Source of the DNA: Octopus sinensis
Taxonomy: Eukaryota
Length of the DNA: 10,332 nt
Direction: 5' to 3'
Assembly: GCF_006345805.1 (NCBI RefSeq)
Contig: NW_021827447.1
Span: forward strand, 1 to 10,332
Shown: one piece after another, positions 8,117-10,332 of the stretch
How positions within the stretch are numbered: position 1 is the first letter of the stretch
Layout of the letters: every line of letters begins with the position of its first letter
Position numbers and translations under genes: made by a program
Notes under the pieces: generated by a model
The model's input: the letters and a program-made list of their open reading frames with translations, nothing else
The model's database searches: none
Told to the model about the DNA's origin: nothing

Positions 8117-8648
8117 GTAAATTCCCTCTTATCTGCTGGACTTGCTAATTCAAATTGGTTGTAGTCATCACCGTCCCTGTACGGTTCGTTTTCACTGGCA
8201 TTTACACGTTTGTAAAGGAGAATAAAACAGTTTTCTGCTTCTTTAGAAAGAAACTACGAGTTAAGTACAAGTTTAAGGGACTACATAAGGACTACATCCA
8301 TGTATAATGTCTTCAAAACGTAGGGTGGAATTTGATCAGGAATTTTGACTTCTCCGGGGTTTGTATCTTGCGTTAACTTTTTAATGAATTTGATTTGTAG
8401 ATCACGCTCAGTGTCATTTCAGAAGTAGAATTCCTGATGTTGGATTGTAGGTCATTCACGTTGCCCTTTGTTCTTTTTTTTTTTGCAAAACAAGCATTTC
8501 TTTCATCCTCTAACTTTACTTGTTTTGCATGCATTGTATGCATTTACATACAATGTGAGGAATATGCGAGGGGACTATTATCGGAGTTTCCAAAGGACGA
8601 ACAGAAATAGAAATGTACTACAATTACCAATAATTTCTGTCCTTAGAA

Positions 8649-8669
8649 TATATGCATATACATACATAA

Positions 8670-8708
<39 letters not shown>

Positions 8709-8730
8709 CACACACATACGTGTATATATA
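8649..8730. repeat. Compound (CATA)/(CA)n/(TA)n microsatellite
   Basis: TATATGCATATACATACATAAACACACACACACACACACATATATATATATATATATACACACACATACG. Confidence 0.93.
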
Positions 8731-8840
8731 CCGTGGAGATCGCTAATTGATTGAGATGGTCATTAGTGGTGGTGGGGGGGGCTGCAGTCTCAATACGCTA
8801 TAATTGTTTCTGTGTAACTATATTTTATTACCCATTATGC

Positions 8841-8983
8841 ATGTATCTGTTTGTCTGTCTGTATGTCTGTCTATTTCTCTATATACATCTATCTATCTAT
8901 CTAGCGATCGATCTATTATGAATATAAGTACACACACACACACACGCACACACACACACACATATATAGATATATATATATAT
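8841..8983. repeat. Compound (TCTG)/(TCTA)n then (CA)n/(TA)n microsatellite
   Basis: TGTCTGTCTGTATGTCTGTCTA...ATCTATCTATCTATCTA...CACACACACACACGCACACACACACACATATATAGATATATATATATA. Confidence 0.9.
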
Positions 8984-9675
8984 TTATCTCATTTACACAT
9001 ATCGCAATGCTTCAACATTTCAGCCTATTGGTGTATTGATTTCCAGAGTTTGGGGTAGAGTGTACGGTATGATAGTTACAAAAATTTATTTTACCCACAA
9101 CAACGAAGACAAAAAAGAAGCAGCCTATACGAGCAGTATATCTGCACGTCCATCTGTCCGTCTGGGGACACACATACGTGCGCGCCCACACACATAGATA
9201 ATGGTCATATTTATGTACAAATATAAAAAGTGTCCCTCAGTAATGATAGTTATGGATATTATAGAATCGAAAGTGAAAGTAAATAGGGAGACGCTGAATG
9301 CTTAAATACGTGAAGAGAAATTGAAGGAAAAATGTAAACGTCAAAAAATTATAATTGTAAAACATATAAATGGTTATTTTCTACAATACTACTTATATAA
9401 ATTGATGTTAATCAGAACTGATGTGAATATATATTAATTAAAACGTAAGGAAATATTGCACAGAGTGTCTGCTTTAACTCTTCAACAGTTAGTATTATTC
9501 TGTTTTTTATATATATATATTTTTTTTTTACAAAACATCATTAAGAATTAAGCTTTCAAGATAATGAATTGAAAATTTAGATATTTTCCAGCGATCTAAC
9601 TTGACATTAATATAAGGACATTATGGTGCATACACCACATATCACATACACACATCTATCTATCTTCTATCTATC

Positions 9676-9713
9676 GTGGTTTTGGTAGATGGATTCTGAA
9701 AGAAGCCAATTGT
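9676..9713 (+). mobile_element. 38-bp internal fragment of the SINE family at 7727-8116
   Basis: GTGGTTTTGGTAGATGGATTCTGAAAGAAGCCAATTGT matches the reverse complement of 7958-7995 at 31/38 positions. It is followed by a dinucleotide microsatellite at the same position as in the intact element. Confidence 0.75.
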
Positions 9714-9960
9714 ACACACAGACACACACACACTCTCTCTCACTGTCTCACACATACATGTATATATATGAATGTATGAGTATATGTATACCACGGGCTT
9801 CCTGTATCGTTGCTTAAGATACACACCCACACCTATATTTATATATACATGCATATATATATACATATATATGTGTATATGCATATACATACAAACAGAC
9901 ACATATTTATAGACGCATAAGCGCCAATGTGTGTTTGCATGTGTGTAGGTGTAAGTGTAG
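9714..9960. repeat. Degenerate (CA)/(TA)/(TG) microsatellite field
   Basis: ACACACAGACACACACACACTCTCTCTCAC...TATATATATACATATATATGTGTATATGCATATACATAC. Confidence 0.85.
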
Positions 9961-10043
9961 TTTGCTTTAGTGAGTTTATCACAAGAAGATCTTGAATTAA
10001 GTTGATTATTGTTCTGTGATTATCCTCTTGAATGCATGCAAAA

Positions 10044-10332
<289 letters not shown>

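Noticed and set aside
7751-8148. ORFs such as ...ASFSFRLPNPLTRHWSARGYSRRHLPK... as a conserved hypothetical protein
   Set aside because: They are antisense translations of the SINE. Any similar hypothetical proteins would reflect repeat mis-annotation.
8335-8438. 10-bp inverted repeat ATCAGGAATT / AATTCCTGAT and a short minus-strand open frame (ERDLQIKFIKKLTQDTNPGEVKIPDQIPPYVLK)
   Set aside because: No TSD, the stem does not extend, the frame is bounded by stops without clear splice signals, and the peptide is not recognised.
9781-9803. TATGTATACCACGGGCTTCCT as an inverted SINE fragment facing 9676-9713
   Set aside because: The non-repetitive match is only about 10 bp, too short to distinguish from chance.

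Overview
AT-rich, microsatellite-dense, non-coding eukaryotic DNA (intron or intergenic). The interspersed repeats look like octopus (coleoid cephalopod) tRNA-derived SINE families; this assignment is from my recall of those families, not a database search. No credible protein-coding gene is present: the listed ORFs are translations of microsatellites, low-complexity DNA or SINEs. The interpretable structure is mobile-element history. (i) There are four copies of one tRNA-headed SINE family at different stages of decay (2473-2963 +, 6451-6611 -, 7727-8116 -, 9676-9713 +) plus the head of a second SINE family (559-681 -). (ii) A 111-bp Tc1/mariner-pogo (Tigger-like) MITE with a TA target duplication is nested in the old + SINE. 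(iii) Two related hAT-Charlie-type MITEs lie head to tail (5573-5884, 5893-6232), delimited by three copies of the 8-bp target NTCTAGAT, with perfect outer and decayed inner TIRs and a fold-back filler patch inside the first. I found no evidence for a new gene system; the tandem hAT unit and the nested MITE are the most interesting items.
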